Positions 1-35,859 are shown, counted from the stretch's first letter. The stretch: DNA of 64,000 bases from Callorhinchus milii (GCF_018977255.1 NW_024704743.1:66776001-66840000), one strand, 5' to 3'. The notes: generated from the letters alone by a model not told the origin. Numbers and translations are program-made.

Positions 1-359
1 TTATAGAAATTGAACACTAATAATAATATTTCCATTTGATATAGTGCTTACAACATCACAAGTCTCAAAGCGCTTTGCAAAGTATCAAAAGTGTGGCAAC
101 TGTATTTTGCAGATGAACGCAGGAATCAATTTGTGCAACAGATATCTGAGGAATTGTGTACAAATAGTGTAATGGGACCTTTAACATTCACCTGTAAAGG
201 CAGACAGAATCTCAATTTAACTTCTTTTTAATTATTTTAATGATAACATTTTAACCTCATTGCTCAATTTACATTTGTAAACCCATTGCCTAGTATGTAA
301 CTGAATCCTACAGATCAGGATGGCCTGAGTTCTTATCTCTAGACTGTGATAAGTTAGCT

Positions 360-563
360 CAGGGTAGTCCAGCCTTTTGTCTGCTGAGGGCTGAATGCCC
401 TATTTGAGAACCGTCCACAGGCTGCATAAGCAATATTTTTGCGTTTCCCTTCAAGAAACATAACATTTACGGGTTATGGAAAGAGCAGTGGGCCAGATAA
501 AATGGAGGTGGGGTGGGGGGGGCAGATGAAATCGGCCCGTGGGCTGCCAGTTGGACCATGCTT
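360..563. mobile_element. Decayed hAT/Charlie-like MITE
   Basis: Starts CAGGGTAGTCCAGCC, ends GGCCCGTGGGCTGCCAGTTGGACCATGC; TAGCT on both flanks. Confidence 0.45.
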
Positions 564-750
564 ATAGCTTATCTTAACTGAGGAACTAGAATTAGCCTCA
601 GCAATGGTGGAGGGGGAGGGAGAGAAGAGAATCAGAAAGCACTCCATCCATTGAATCCTGATTATCGCCTGATGTATAGACATCAGGCGATGACAGAATT
701 GAGCAGAATTATGATATTCATCAAAATGAAATTGCTATTGAATGTCAATA

Positions 751-928
751 AGGTAGACTCCTGATAACTCAACCCTGGCTTAACTTGTCACTACCAATTA
801 AATTATCATGCCGTCAATATCCCACCTGCATTTATTTATGTATTTATACACATGTCTAACTCACCACTCCAGATAACATCTCATTGAGCCCTTTTCCTTT
901 GGAGGGACAAGTTATCAGGAGTTTACTG
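751..928. mobile_element. Tc1/mariner (pogo/Tigger-like) MITE
   Basis: TIRs AGGTAGACTCCTGATAACT / AGTTATCAGGAGTTTACTG (16/19 match), TA on both sides; an inverted related internal copy lies at about 22560-22682. Confidence 0.7.
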
Positions 929-1258
929 TATATTATTTATCCATGGGAAGCATCTCAACCAAGATCAGTCCTGCTCTCCAAATAAAATACTTGGACATTC
1001 ACTCTTTCAGGAGGGAGTTCGAGCTCTAGCCAAGTTATACTTTTTCTGGCCATTGAAACCAAATGCAATACCCACGAGTGACCTCAGCATAGAGCAGAGA
1101 TTCTGTTTGAATATGCATTTACTGTTTCAGCGCAAGTTTATAACAAATTAGGTTGAAAATCAGAGAAAACGATTGTCAAAAAAACTTGTTTCTAATTAAT
1201 GTGCATTACATAAAAGATCCTCTGTTTAGAGGTAAATTTGCACCATTTTGGTCATTAC

Positions 1259-24335
<23,077 letters not shown>

Positions 24336-24373
24336 TTGCCTTCTCAGAAGCAGCGCAGCGGCGACGCTCCTCA

Positions 24374-24388
24374 TTCAAATCCCCCGCC
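24374..24388 (-). promoter_or_regulatory. CDE/CHR tandem element (DREAM/MuvB-type)
   Basis: Minus strand reads GGCGG-GGGA-TTTGAA: CDE, 4-nt spacer, CHR; about 40 nt upstream of the ATG. Confidence 0.7.
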
Positions 24389-24435
24389 ACAGGTCACACG
24401 TCACCGCCAGTGGAACCCCACTGCCCCCACACCCC

Positions 24436-24448
24436 GGTGATTGGCAGC
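24436..24448 (-). promoter_or_regulatory. CCAAT box (NF-Y-like)
   Basis: Minus strand GCTGCCAATCACC, about 50 nt upstream of the CDE/CHR. Confidence 0.6.
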
Positions 24449-26775
24449 TCACATGGGACGGGAGGGGGGAGGGAGCGATTCTGCCCTCACTGGGAATAGG
24501 CATCAGCCGTGGGGATAGCATCGGTGGGTGGGGACGGGTGGTTTGTGAGCCGTGGCGGGTGTCCGTCGCTGGAAGTCCCGGAGCGCGGCACGTAGCGAGC
24601 CCGGAGCAAAAGCGAGACGACTCGGGTTCTATTCACAGGCGGGTAAAACCTCAGGCAATTTTTTCTTAACCCCACCCCGCCCCCACCCCGCCCCCGCACG
24701 CCTCTGTTTGCCTAGCGGTAAATAGGAACTCAGTTGTTAGTCGATTGGCGGATCGCTTTTCCGGGGTGATAATCCCTTCAAAAATAAATTATTGATAATA
24801 ATAATAATAATAATATGGTCATTCAATCCACGACTGTTTGTGGGACACTGCTGGGCACAACTAGCTGCCACGTTTCGCTCACAAAATACAGTCAATCCGC
24901 TTCACAATATATTCTTTGAGAAGTCTCAAAGATGCGATAAGGTGCTATATCGAATGCAAGGATTATTATATTATTTGACATTGAGCCTTTCTCATCTGAA
25001 GGACACCTTAAAGTGCTTCACAGGATTTACTGTAAAGTTTATTTTGTTTTGGCCAGCCAGGTAGCTGATACATGCAGAAACTCATCAGATTTGAAGCAAG
25101 CCTCAAACACATAGAAGTCACTCTTTGTTTGGAAATGGATTGCACTCTTCCTGAAGGGACTCATCCTTCTTACCTAATTAGAGAGAGCGTCAGCGCTGGC
25201 TGCCAAGAATTCCACTGTTTGTTCAGCCAGAACCAACCTAACTTTTAGGGCTTTATTTAACGTGCATGTCTGATAGAAATTGAGAATCTCTCATCCCAGT
25301 GACTGGTCTGCCCTCCAAGTGCTGCTGATGAGCCATGCTAGCTGATCTGTCATCGCCAGTGCCTGGAATTACTGTGGACCCACGTGGCTCAGGAACCAGA
25401 CTATCAAGACTGCCACAGACTTTTAGCTTGATTCCAATATTCCATCGCAAGTACATTACCTTAGAGCCAGCTCCACTTCACATTCTCCAGTGAGAATCTC
25501 ATGAACTTCCCGTCACTAGTGAATAGCGTGAGGGTATTATCCTGCCCACAGCTTGGATACACATCTCCACCTATTTGCCTACACAAATATACAGTCACTA
25601 CACTTTACACAGAATCCTGTGAAGCACATTGAGGTAGCTGTGTGATATAAAAGGAACTGCATCAAATGCAAGGATTATCATTGAACAGTGGTTCCATGAT
25701 AATCCTTACTCAGTTAGAGGTGCGGAACTTAAGGAGCAGTTGCTTACCTCTTTGCATACCAAACAAGATGAATACTAAGAGAAATATGAAAGTTTGTTAA
25801 TAAATCTGGACTCCAGGTATCGTCTTCCAGCAGCTGTCATCCCAGTCTCAGAATTTCCTCATCAGCTATACATATCCGCATCAGCATGGTGGGAGGATCC
25901 ATGCAGGTCAGCTTGTGATCTACCAGATCAAACAATAAGGAAGAGTGGAACCAGTAAATCTTTACATTTTAAGATAATGTTATGGCTGTTGGTCAGCCAG
26001 GAGAGATGCTGAGAAACTATTCATCTGGAAATTGAAATAAATAAAATTATCATTGCTTCCTCGAAGAATCATAAATCATAAGGTAGATTCAACTGAACAA
26101 TACACTTAATAAGAGCAGTAAAAGATATAAATAAACTAGCTAAACATATAAAACACATAGAAATATAAATTATACCAGCCATTCTGGCTCATCGACAGCA
26201 ATTTGAGGGACAAACTGGTCACTAAGGGTACAGATTCTTCCCACTCAACAATACAATACAATTAAGATTCACATTGAATTAAATTGAATGTTAACGTGAA
26301 CACAATTGACATCGGAAGGTCATTTCAGTGCCTGCAAGCCAAAGCCCCAACAGGTAGGGTATTCATAGCCAGACAAGCAGAGAAACAATTGTCAGGAATG
26401 AACAGCATGGAAATGTAATTAGTTTTTTCTGGCACATCATCTGACACATATTTACTGCCACAACTAATAAATGGCTAATCTGTTTCCCACGCTTGGCTGC
26501 AAGGTAGGATTCACTTTCTATATTGTTTCTTTGAATTATTTATTGAATTTTATTTGTTTTGGGACGACCTGCTTAAAGTTTTATTGAATTTTAAATATAT
26601 TTTGCTTCTCAATGAGACATCATGTGCAATTTCAGAATCCTTCAACCCATTGTATTTCCACTGATAAATGTTGTCTGGCCAACAATTCCCCAGTTAAAAT
26701 TGGTCATTTGGTTGCTGTGTGCAAACTGGCTGCCATGTTCACCTACAAAATACACAGTGACTATGCTTTACAGTA

Positions 26776-27075
26776 TAATACAATAATCCTTACATTTGAA
26801 TATAAAGCTTTTCATGTCTTCTATATGTCTCAAAGCGCCCCACAGAATATACTGTAAAGTGAATTTGGGCAAAATGCAGCAACCAATTGCACACAGCGGT
26901 GTCCCACAAACAGTCGTGGATTGAAGTGACTAATTTATTATTGTTTTTTTTTGAGGGATTATTATTAGGCGTGTGGAGTAAGGAAACTTGCCCAAGGTTT
27001 CACTCTGCCGAGAATCAAACCCAGGTCTCTCGCTTGCAAAGCGAATGCTCTAACCACTAAGCTACAGGACTCCAC
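26776..27075 (-). mobile_element. Full-length SINE copy
   Basis: Same head, core and tail, inverted. Confidence 0.85.
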
Positions 27076-28862
27076 AGTATATTCTGTTAAGTTCTTTGAG
27101 ATGTCCTCCCAATGTGTAAGTCACTATATCAAATGCAAGAATTATTATATTATTATTCAAAATAGTTTTATATTTTTCTGTTTTAGAAAGAGGTTAATAG
27201 TATTTAGTCAATGTCTGGATGCAATATTACAGCAAAGATGCCCACATGGTGTCCCAGTAAGAGGAGCAAGGCTTCAGCTGTAGTTACACTTAAAGCAAAT
27301 GAAGAATGGTTATGCCTTCAATATCGGAGGAATCCAAAAAATCTGTGTGGTAGCATCTTTGACCTTTATAATAATAATACTTGTATTTGATATAGTGCCT
27401 TATCACATCGTTGAGACCCATCAAAGCTCTTCACAGAAATATATTGTAAAGTGGATTGACTATGTATTTTGTGGTACAAAAGGGAGATTGACAATAGAAC
27501 TAATATAATCAGCTAATGGTGCCCAGCCAATTTATGTACATGGATATAAATAAGGGTTCAAGTTGGTTTAAGGTAGCCTGCGCACAACTACAATATAAGT
27601 ATTGCAGCTGGTTGAAGGTAGCCTGCACACTATCAAATTGATTTTCACTTATGTTCTCAGATGCAATTGACTATGCAATTTAACAGTTTATCTTGCAAGA
27701 GACTAGCTTTTTAATGAGAATGCAATTCCATTCCCGATTGAAGACTCCAGGGGAGTACAATTTCCCTTGCTGCTAAATGCTGTGGCTCTGTTGATGGGCC
27801 CTGATAATAGAGAATTCTCAGTAAAAGCACACACTTCCAAAGACGCTACAATTAGTGATTAAAGGAATTTATCACCTGAGAAGTATTAAGGGCTAATTTG
27901 GAGCTGGAAGTTAAGAGAATCATTCAATTTGTGAAAATTGTTAGTAATTTCCTTGGATCCTAAACACAATTACCAATTAGGCAGTGGTGATTGAAATGTT
28001 GCAGAAGCTTTCCATCGACCATAATTTCCATGTGTTTTGACATGATTGTCAATAGGGATCCCGGTCTGCTCTTATTGTGGTCTGACCTTCAAGTTGTGAA
28101 TAGGAACATTGTTCAGGGCTTTTTACTCTGATGGAAAATTGAAATGTATGGGTCAAGGGAAATAACTAGTTGTTTGGATATGGCTTTGAGAATCTCAGCT
28201 CTTAAGTTTTTAAGATTAGTTGCTTTTCTAGGATAAGGTTTCTGAAAGATCTCCTCAACATTTCTGTGCCTAAACTTGATACGGTGACTAATTTATAATA
28301 ATAATAGTAATAATAGTGTTCCAGAGGGCCGCTGGTTCCAGTGGAACAATATTCCAATAATAATCAGTGCCTTAAGGAGAAAAAGGGAACACACAGGCAA
28401 AAAATATTGCAAATGAACTGTTAAATACCCTTATTCACCAACAAGACAGTAGCACTTTTTTTCAATACCATATGTTTCACACAGGATAATCTCTGCTTTA
28501 AGCAAATTAGTGAGTGCTCTGCAGAATTTTGTCATCAGGATTATGCTGCCAATTCTACTGCAATTGTTTTAGAACTGACTGACGTTTTATCCACTGTGCA
28601 AATCTCAACAGCAAGCTGGCAAGATTTATAAATGAAATATTCCAATCGCTGAGGCAGAAAGACTTCAGGCTGCAAAAATTTTGCTTAAAATCTATGAAAT
28701 CACAAAGACTGGATGGATGGTTTCCCCCTTCCAAAGTTTTCTAAGAATTTAAGGTCAAATTAGTAACCATTAACACTGAGCCTATTTGCTTTAGATCAAT
28801 GTACCTTCTGGGCACATACAATACCAGAATATGTCCTATTTAAAAAATGATAAGAAAACACT

Positions 28863-29477
28863 GGTCTGCAGCTGATGGCGTGCAATCTCTCAATCTCATG
28901 TACCACATATGGCACTTTTATACAACTGACGTGATATAACATTGCTTCCAGCAAAAGAGCAATTCAGAGCAGTTAACTAGATTCATTTTTACTGCTTCCT
29001 GAACTGGTCTTGTAGTTTGTTTTGAGAGCAGAGCTCAAAATCTAATCAATACGCCTTAAACTAAGATTATTGAATTAATGTTGACATCAATTCAATTTCG
29101 AAACTGCATTGATTTGACTTTAATTTGTCACGTAAAAGGGGCAACAAATACTTATTGAAACAGGTGGACTCAAATCATAACCTTGAGCCTCACGTGATTT
29201 ATTAAACACCATCAGATAAATTATTGTAATTTTTTTAACAGCAAGCATTGAACATCTGCTGCATGCTAGCCTTTATTGTTCTTCCTGGATGCAGGAAGGA
29301 AGATATTTGCTGGTCACTCTATACTCTATAAAAGCAGTTCAGGAGCAGCAAATATAAATCTGGCTATAACTGCTCTGAATCACTTTTTTGCTGGAAGCAA
29401 TGTTATATTATGTGAGTTGCGTAAGAGTGTCATATGCGGTACATGAGATTGAGAGATTACACATCATCAGAAGACTT
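28863..29477. repeat. Long inverted repeat / foldback element: ~150-bp arms (28863-29015 and 29325-29477)
   Basis: AATCTCTCAATCTCATGTACC and ATATAACATTGCTTCCAGCAAAA blocks recur exactly as reverse complements; arms roughly 80% identical by eye. Confidence 0.8.
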
Positions 29478-30034
29478 TTAATCAAGTGGGTCAGTACTTT
29501 TTATTCGAAAGCAACTCTTCCACATGTATCAGAAATCTAGCTGTAATATCATCCCCCTTGAAGGGAGGGTTTGGTGGTAACCTCTTACCTGACCCTTCCA
29601 GGCTTGTGTCCTGATTTTCGCGAAGCCTGAGTGGGGATAGGGGTAAAATTTTAAACATAGAAAATATGAACTTGAACATATGTCTTTGCTCATCTTACCA
29701 CTGTCACTTGCTTTTTCATATGCCTTTTTAGTTTAATACTGATAATATATTAATGTTTGCTTTCTATCAGAAATGCATTTTTACCTTTCAGGGATGTATA
29801 CCCGTTTTAGCAAGTTCAAAAACATGCCATTAGATACTTGAGGCTTAATAGATATTAAATGTGACCTAGATAGGAATGAAGCAGAATAATTATGCTAAAA
29901 TTCCAATTTAAGACCTATCATTTCAGGATCTCCTTGAGGTGTGATTGCACACACTGGGAATCATTCTAAATACCAATTAATAGCCACCAATTAATGATGG
30001 TCATTATTCTCATTAAAAAGTAAAAGAGAACAGG

Positions 30035-30435
30035 TGTTGGACTTTGCAACTTTCCTGGAGTTCAGAAAATTGAGAGACGATCTAATCGAAGTGTTTAAAA
30101 TGATAAACAAACTTTCGATATGGTAAATACAAAGAAACTATTTTCTCTGGTGGGGAATCCAGAATCAGGGGCATAATCGTAGACTAAGAGCTAGACCAGT
30201 TAAGATTGAAACCAGAGGGAGAAAAATCCACACAAAGTGTTGTGGAAGTTTGGAATTCTCTCCTCCAAAATGCTGTGAATGCTCAGTCAATGCTCGGAAC
30301 TTTCAAGGTTGAGATTGATAAATATTTGTGAGGTAAGGGTATCAAGGAATATGGAGAAAGGGAGGAGAAAGCATAGGTAAATGGAGTTGAGGTACAAATG
30401 ATCCAATAGAATGGTGATACAGGCTCAAGGGGCTA
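30035..30435 (+). mobile_element. Decayed CR1 LINE 3' fragment
   Basis: Resembles the reverse complement of 11960-12160 (gtgtttaaaatgata...ggggcataat...tggaattctctcc). Confidence 0.72.
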
Positions 30436-32384
30436 TGAAATCTCAAACTTCTTCAGCTTGGCATTGACCACAATATATGTTGTATGCCTTTAGCCTTTTA
30501 AATATAATGAAAAATCATTTAAATGTAAGAAAAAGCTTTGAAAGATTTTTAACATTATTAAAATGTTGACAGGACTCCTGGTGATTCATAATGATAACAA
30601 TTAACCAGGATGCAGAGCTGTTTAGCTGTGTTCTGTGCATGATTTGCTTGTGCATGTTCAGAGCTCTATTACTTGCACTCAGCATCGGGCAAGAACAATA
30701 CAGAATAGATTGGTATAACTGGTGTGTTAGCTCCCAATTGCTTTACTGCAACCACTGTGTTGAATCACTGCCTGTATAATGCCAGAAGAAATCTTTCAGT
30801 GTTCCATGTAATTAATCTGTCTTTTATAAATATATTAGAATAACAAAAGTAAACACTGCTAAATATGCAAAACTTTATCAATGATCAACGATTTAAAGCA
30901 TGTTCATTCAAGTATACGGGAATAATAATTAGCGAACTATCACTTGGGCTGATTATAATTTCTTAGTGCTTGAAACAATCTAATAGAAGAATATTGAGGT
31001 TACTGCTCAAAGTATGAACAAACTATATAGTCAGTGCATTCGACACCGTAGGGAATATCTGGTTTAAATCTAATTTACGAAAAAGTGGCATAATAAAAAA
31101 AATTGACTCACACTTCCTGCTGTCATTGCTATTTTTCTGTAATATCAAGGATATTCAAATTATTTCTCATGGTTGCTTGCTCTGATATATGGGTCCATTA
31201 ACCCTTATGAAACAGCATCTCTAATGAAGTCCTCAATGTGTTTTAGCCTTGGAGATGAATAACCCCAATTGCGCTCATAGTCTGGGCTGCCACTCTAGTG
31301 CTATACTGAGCGAGGCCTGCTTTGTAGATCATTTAACCGAGCTCCTCCCCACCTGCCTATTGAGCTCAACTTTATAGATTCTACCAGATTATTTGAAAAG
31401 ATAAGAGAGTTTCTCCCAGAGTCCTGGCCAATAATCCTCCAAATAAATTTGTTCACTCACTTCATGTTGGTGCAAATGGATTACATTTTTGCACGCAGAA
31501 TTGTTCACAACACTGGACAGGAATTACCTGTAAGTCATTACCTGTAAAATGACTTGAGGCACGTTGACATGATAAGCAGGTATAAAACTATACATTCCTT
31601 CCTTTTTTTTATCCTTTTCAGTAAATGTGCTACTTTTCATTGAGTCAGAATGGCTCAAGTGATAAACCTCTGAGTTAGAAGGTTATGAGTTCAAACCCTA
31701 TGTCGGATAAATGGTCCTTTGAAAGAGCCGTTAAATCGAGATCCCATCTGTTGTCCAGGTGGACAGTAAAGATCTCATAGCACTACTCAGAGAGAAAGGA
31801 GTTTTTTCCTGATGTCCTGGCCAACAATCCGCCAAATAAAATTGGTTAATCAAGTCATGCAAATGATTATCCATTTCACTGCTCAAATTCCTGCAGAGGG
31901 CAGTAAATGACAAAGATTCACCCTGACTTTTGGCCTTTACAGGATAAAGAGAACAGAAAGTTGAAGTTCAAACATCATTGTCAATGTTTGTTAGAATGAT
32001 ACTAAATAATACTAATCCTCCCATTTAATAAAATGCATTTTCGTCAGGACGACACAGGACTTACTGTAAAGTGTAGTGACTGAGTATTTCTCGGCAAATG
32101 TGGCAGTCAATTTGTGCTCAGCAGTTTCCCACAGACAGACATGAATTGAATGATCAATTTTATCTGGGGATTGTTGGCCAGGACACCAGGAAGAACTTCC
32201 TTCTCTTTTGTGCCTGGTTAAAGGGGAAACAATTCTGAACAGGTTTGGGACCTGCTGATACTATTCACACCATGAATTTATTTTTTTTAAAAACTTTCCT
32301 TACTTCTGTGAATTTTGTGCTAATTTTCTGAAAATGCTCAATTGCAATTTTTACATTTATATGGAATGAGTTGCTGCTTTGCAC

Positions 32385-33749
32385 TTTCCTCTCCCGTTCA
32401 CTCCTTGTTTGAACCCTCCAATCTGGTTTCCGCCCTCCCATAGTACAGAGACAGTCTTAGTAAAAGTTACAAATGACATTCAGTCTATTTGTGACCAGGG
32501 CTCTCTCTGTCTCCTTGTCCTTCTTGATCTCTCTGCTGCCTTTGACACTGTTGGCCACGCTATTATTCTCCACCGCCTCTCCTCTCAGCTCCAGCACTTT
32601 TCTTGCCTGGTTCCGTTCTTACCTTTTCCATCATTTCCACTTTGTTTCCACCAATAACTTCTCCTCTAGCCCTCACAAAGTCACATGTGGTGTTCCCCAG
32701 GGCTCTGTCCTCTCTTTTGTAATATTTACATGCTCCAGCTCTGGGATATCATCCACAGACATGGGATCAACTTCCACATGTACGCTGATGACACCCAACT
32801 CTATCTCTCTGCCTCCACCCTTCATTCCAGGACAACTCTTGTCCTGACCAATTGTCTGTCAAACATCAAGTCCTGAATGAGAGCCAATTTCCTACAATTG
32901 AATGTCGACAAGATCGAGGCTCTCCTGCTTGGCTCCCAATAGCATCTCCTCATCTTAGGCGCTGCCAGCATCATTGTTCATGGATGCACTCTCCACCTCA
33001 CTGAGCCAGTACAGAACCTTGATGTCTTATTTGACCATCAACTGTCTTTTAAACCCTACATCTGCGCTATGACCTATTCTGCCATACCCCACCTCCGCAA
33101 CATTGCCTGGCTCCACCATTATCTCTTCACTCAGGCTGCTGAAACCCTCAGCCAACCCAGCCAGGCTTAACTATGCTAACTCCCTGCTCACCGGTCTTCC
33201 CAACTCGTCTATTCACAAGCTGCAGAATATTCAGAACTCTGCAGCTCGTGCCCTCTCCCACACTGAGCTCCGTGAACCAATCACCCTCATCCTTTTTCAG
33301 CTTCACTGACTCCCCAACCCCCATAGGATTAAGTTCAAGATTCTTGTCCTCATCTTTAAAGTCCTCCATGGTCTTACTTCTCCCTACCTATGCAACCTTC
33401 TAAAAGTTCATCAACCAGTCCACTCCCTCCAATCTGTAGGCACTAGCCTGCTCCACATACCCTGTCTGCCTGCTCCACTATTGTTGGTCGGGCATTCAGC
33501 CTTTCTGCCCCCACCTTCTGGAACTCCATCCTGCAGCCCCTCCATCTCATCCTTTGCCACTTTCAAGGACTATCTCAGGATCCTCCTTCGACTGTGCCTT
33601 CAGTAATCTTCCCTCCTCCACCACCTTGCGCTCCACCCCTATCTGATCCCAACCCACAGCCTCGGGTGCAAACCCCTCATTATCCAGCACCTTGGGACAT
33701 CCTCCTCATGTGAAAGGAGCTATATAAGTACAATTTGTTGTTGTTGTTG
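32385..33749 (+). mobile_element. L2-clade LINE, 5'-truncated and decayed (RT domain to 3' tail)
   Basis: Frameshifted RT motifs [58 protein letters not shown]; ends in (GTT)n. Confidence 0.92.
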
Positions 33750-34936
33750 GCATCTTTCACATCTGGAAGAGGATGGGGATTGGTGGCTCTCTGGTACATA
33801 AGAGGGCACAGGCTGCAGAGTTCTTAATGGTCTGTTGCATTTATAGGGAGGAGCTTGGGAGACCAGCTAACGTTTGTAATATTCAAACATAGGTATGATG
33901 AAGAAACGAATGAGATCTCAATAATCCAAGGGGGGATAGTGCTCGTGGCGGAGTTGGGCAATGTTGTAGAGGTGAAGGAAAATCGAGCTGGTCAGAGCAT
34001 GGGTGTAGGGTATGATGGACAGTTGAGAGTCTAACGAAAGATTCTGTACTGGCTCTGATGTGGAGTGAGAATTCGTGAATGTCAATACGGTCAGTGCCTA
34101 AGGTGAAAGGTACTGACAGAAGACAAACAGGAAATCTCCGTCCTGCTGACATTGATCTGTAGAAAGTTAAAACTTTTCTTGATAGAACTCATGCTGCTCT
34201 TAGGAGTGTTAAACTTCTCAGTAGTATTTACGACCTTAAACTGATGAGCACAAAAATCACATATATTCTACCTGCATAGCACATGGTGAATGCATTCTGC
34301 TATATACAATATATATTTACATTTATATAGCACCTTTCATGTTGGGAGGACATCACAAAGTGCTTGACACTGCTGGACCAGCACCCGAGCTGGGGGTGGA
34401 AACCAAGGGGAGGGTGGAAAAGAGAAAGATGACCGAAAGTGCGGATAGAAGTAGGTCTTGAGACTGATTTTGAACGAGGTGAGGGAGGAAGGGAAGGGGA
34501 TGGACTCTAGGATGGAGGTCCATACAATATAAAGAGCAGAATGTCCAGTAGATAATATTCAGCACTGTGGTGTAAAAGAGGAGATGCATTTGAAAAACAA
34601 CCCTGTTTTGTATTTGTTATTTCCTCTACATTTGAATTAAAGCCACATTCAGGCTCCTTTCTTCACACAATTCTCCTAAATCCATCATTCTTATCCACAG
34701 TCAACAAACCTGAAAGTCTGCCTGAGTGATGTGGCAAGAGATGCCATCATTGAGACAGTTTTCCTCCTTTATCAGAGACAACTAGAGAGGAAGAGAAAAG
34801 GCTGCTGTCTGAAAGCTTTCCACTGGGACTGTCATTCGAAACTTCTTATTCCCAGCATGTATTTGAGCATTGCCCACTCAAGGGAAACTTAAGATTTGGG
34901 TTTAAAAAGTATTTGAAGAGCCTCTACTTTTATACA

Positions 34937-35300
34937 AGAACAACAACAACAACCAAATTACATTTGTAAAGCGTTTTTCACGTCAGGAGGACATCCCAAG
35001 GCGCTGAACAGTTGGGGATCAGTACCCGAGCATGGGGGGCAGGGTTCGGATGAGGGAGGGCAGAGAGGTCGGAGAGCGGCTATAGACATGGTCGAAAAGG
35101 AGGGTCTTGAGTCATAACTTGAAGGTGGCAAGGGAGGGAGCGAGGCGAAGGGATTGTGGGATGGAGTTTCAAAGAGTGGGGGCAGAAAGGCTGAAAGCCC
35201 GGCCACCGATGGTAGGGCAGGTCGGGCGGGAGACATGGAGCAGGCACTGCTGAATAGAGGGAGTGGATAGCTTGATAGGGGGTCAGCAGGTCAGAGATGT
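34937..35300 (-). mobile_element. L2 LINE 3' fragment; its right part belongs to the duplicated cargo
   Basis: (CAA)n tail at about 34940; ISGRAFSLSAPTL-type body in the twin copy. Confidence 0.8.
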
Positions 35301-35859
35301 ACAACCGGACAATTGTATGAAAACCTGTAAGAAAACATCCTTCAGAAGTATATTTTCCAGTTTGTTTTACTTTGCTGCAGTGTCTGTTCTGTTTCTCTCT
35401 GAGCAGCCTTGGGGTGAGCAATATGACATGGCTGACCAGGCTGTCGACATCAGACCTGTTAGCTTGTGGCCGTAGCATTTGTGGTGTTATTTCCTGATTA
35501 TTCAGAACTCTAAGGATCTCCAGATTTCAGCTGCTGATTCTCCTCAATTACACAATAATCAGATCATAATAATCTTTGCATTTGATATAGTGCTTTATCA
35601 CATTGTTGAAATGTCTGAGTAGTTCACAGGGCTTTAGTAGTGTCCCTGTATTTCTAGGTGAAATGCAGCAGCCAATCTGTGCACAACAACCAGACATGAA
35701 GTGAGTAACCACAAAATATAGTCAAAACCACTTCACGGTGGTTTTGACTGTATTTTAAGTTCTGACGAAGGCTCTTGGACCTGAAACATTGACTCACTTT
35801 CCTTTCTCCTCAGATGCTGCCTGACCTGCTGAGTGTTCCCAGCAACTTCTATTTTTGTT
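35111..35859 (+). repeat. ~750-bp direct duplication, copy 1 (copy 2 at 48764-49518)
   Basis: Near-identical by eye with scattered substitutions and one small indel. The ORF track shows twin peptides (MLRPQANRSDVDSLVSH..., MDSLIGGQQVRD...). Confidence 0.92.
35758..35794 (+). ncRNA. Minimal hammerhead ribozyme-like motif at the start of a Penelope-type arm (35758-35859)
   Basis: AGUU-CUGACGA-AGGCUC-UUG-GACCU-GAAA-CAUU-GACU; stem I AGUU/GACU, stem II with one bulge. Confidence 0.55.

Noticed and set aside
1..1200. MCM6 exons 15-17 (winged-helix C-terminus)
   Set aside because: I saw no SF.EY..ISNL-type coding sequence; the region is repeat-derived, so these exons presumably lie beyond the window start.
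24452..24540. G-quadruplex-like G-runs in the promoter
   Set aside because: Common in GC-rich promoters; nothing indicates a specific function.
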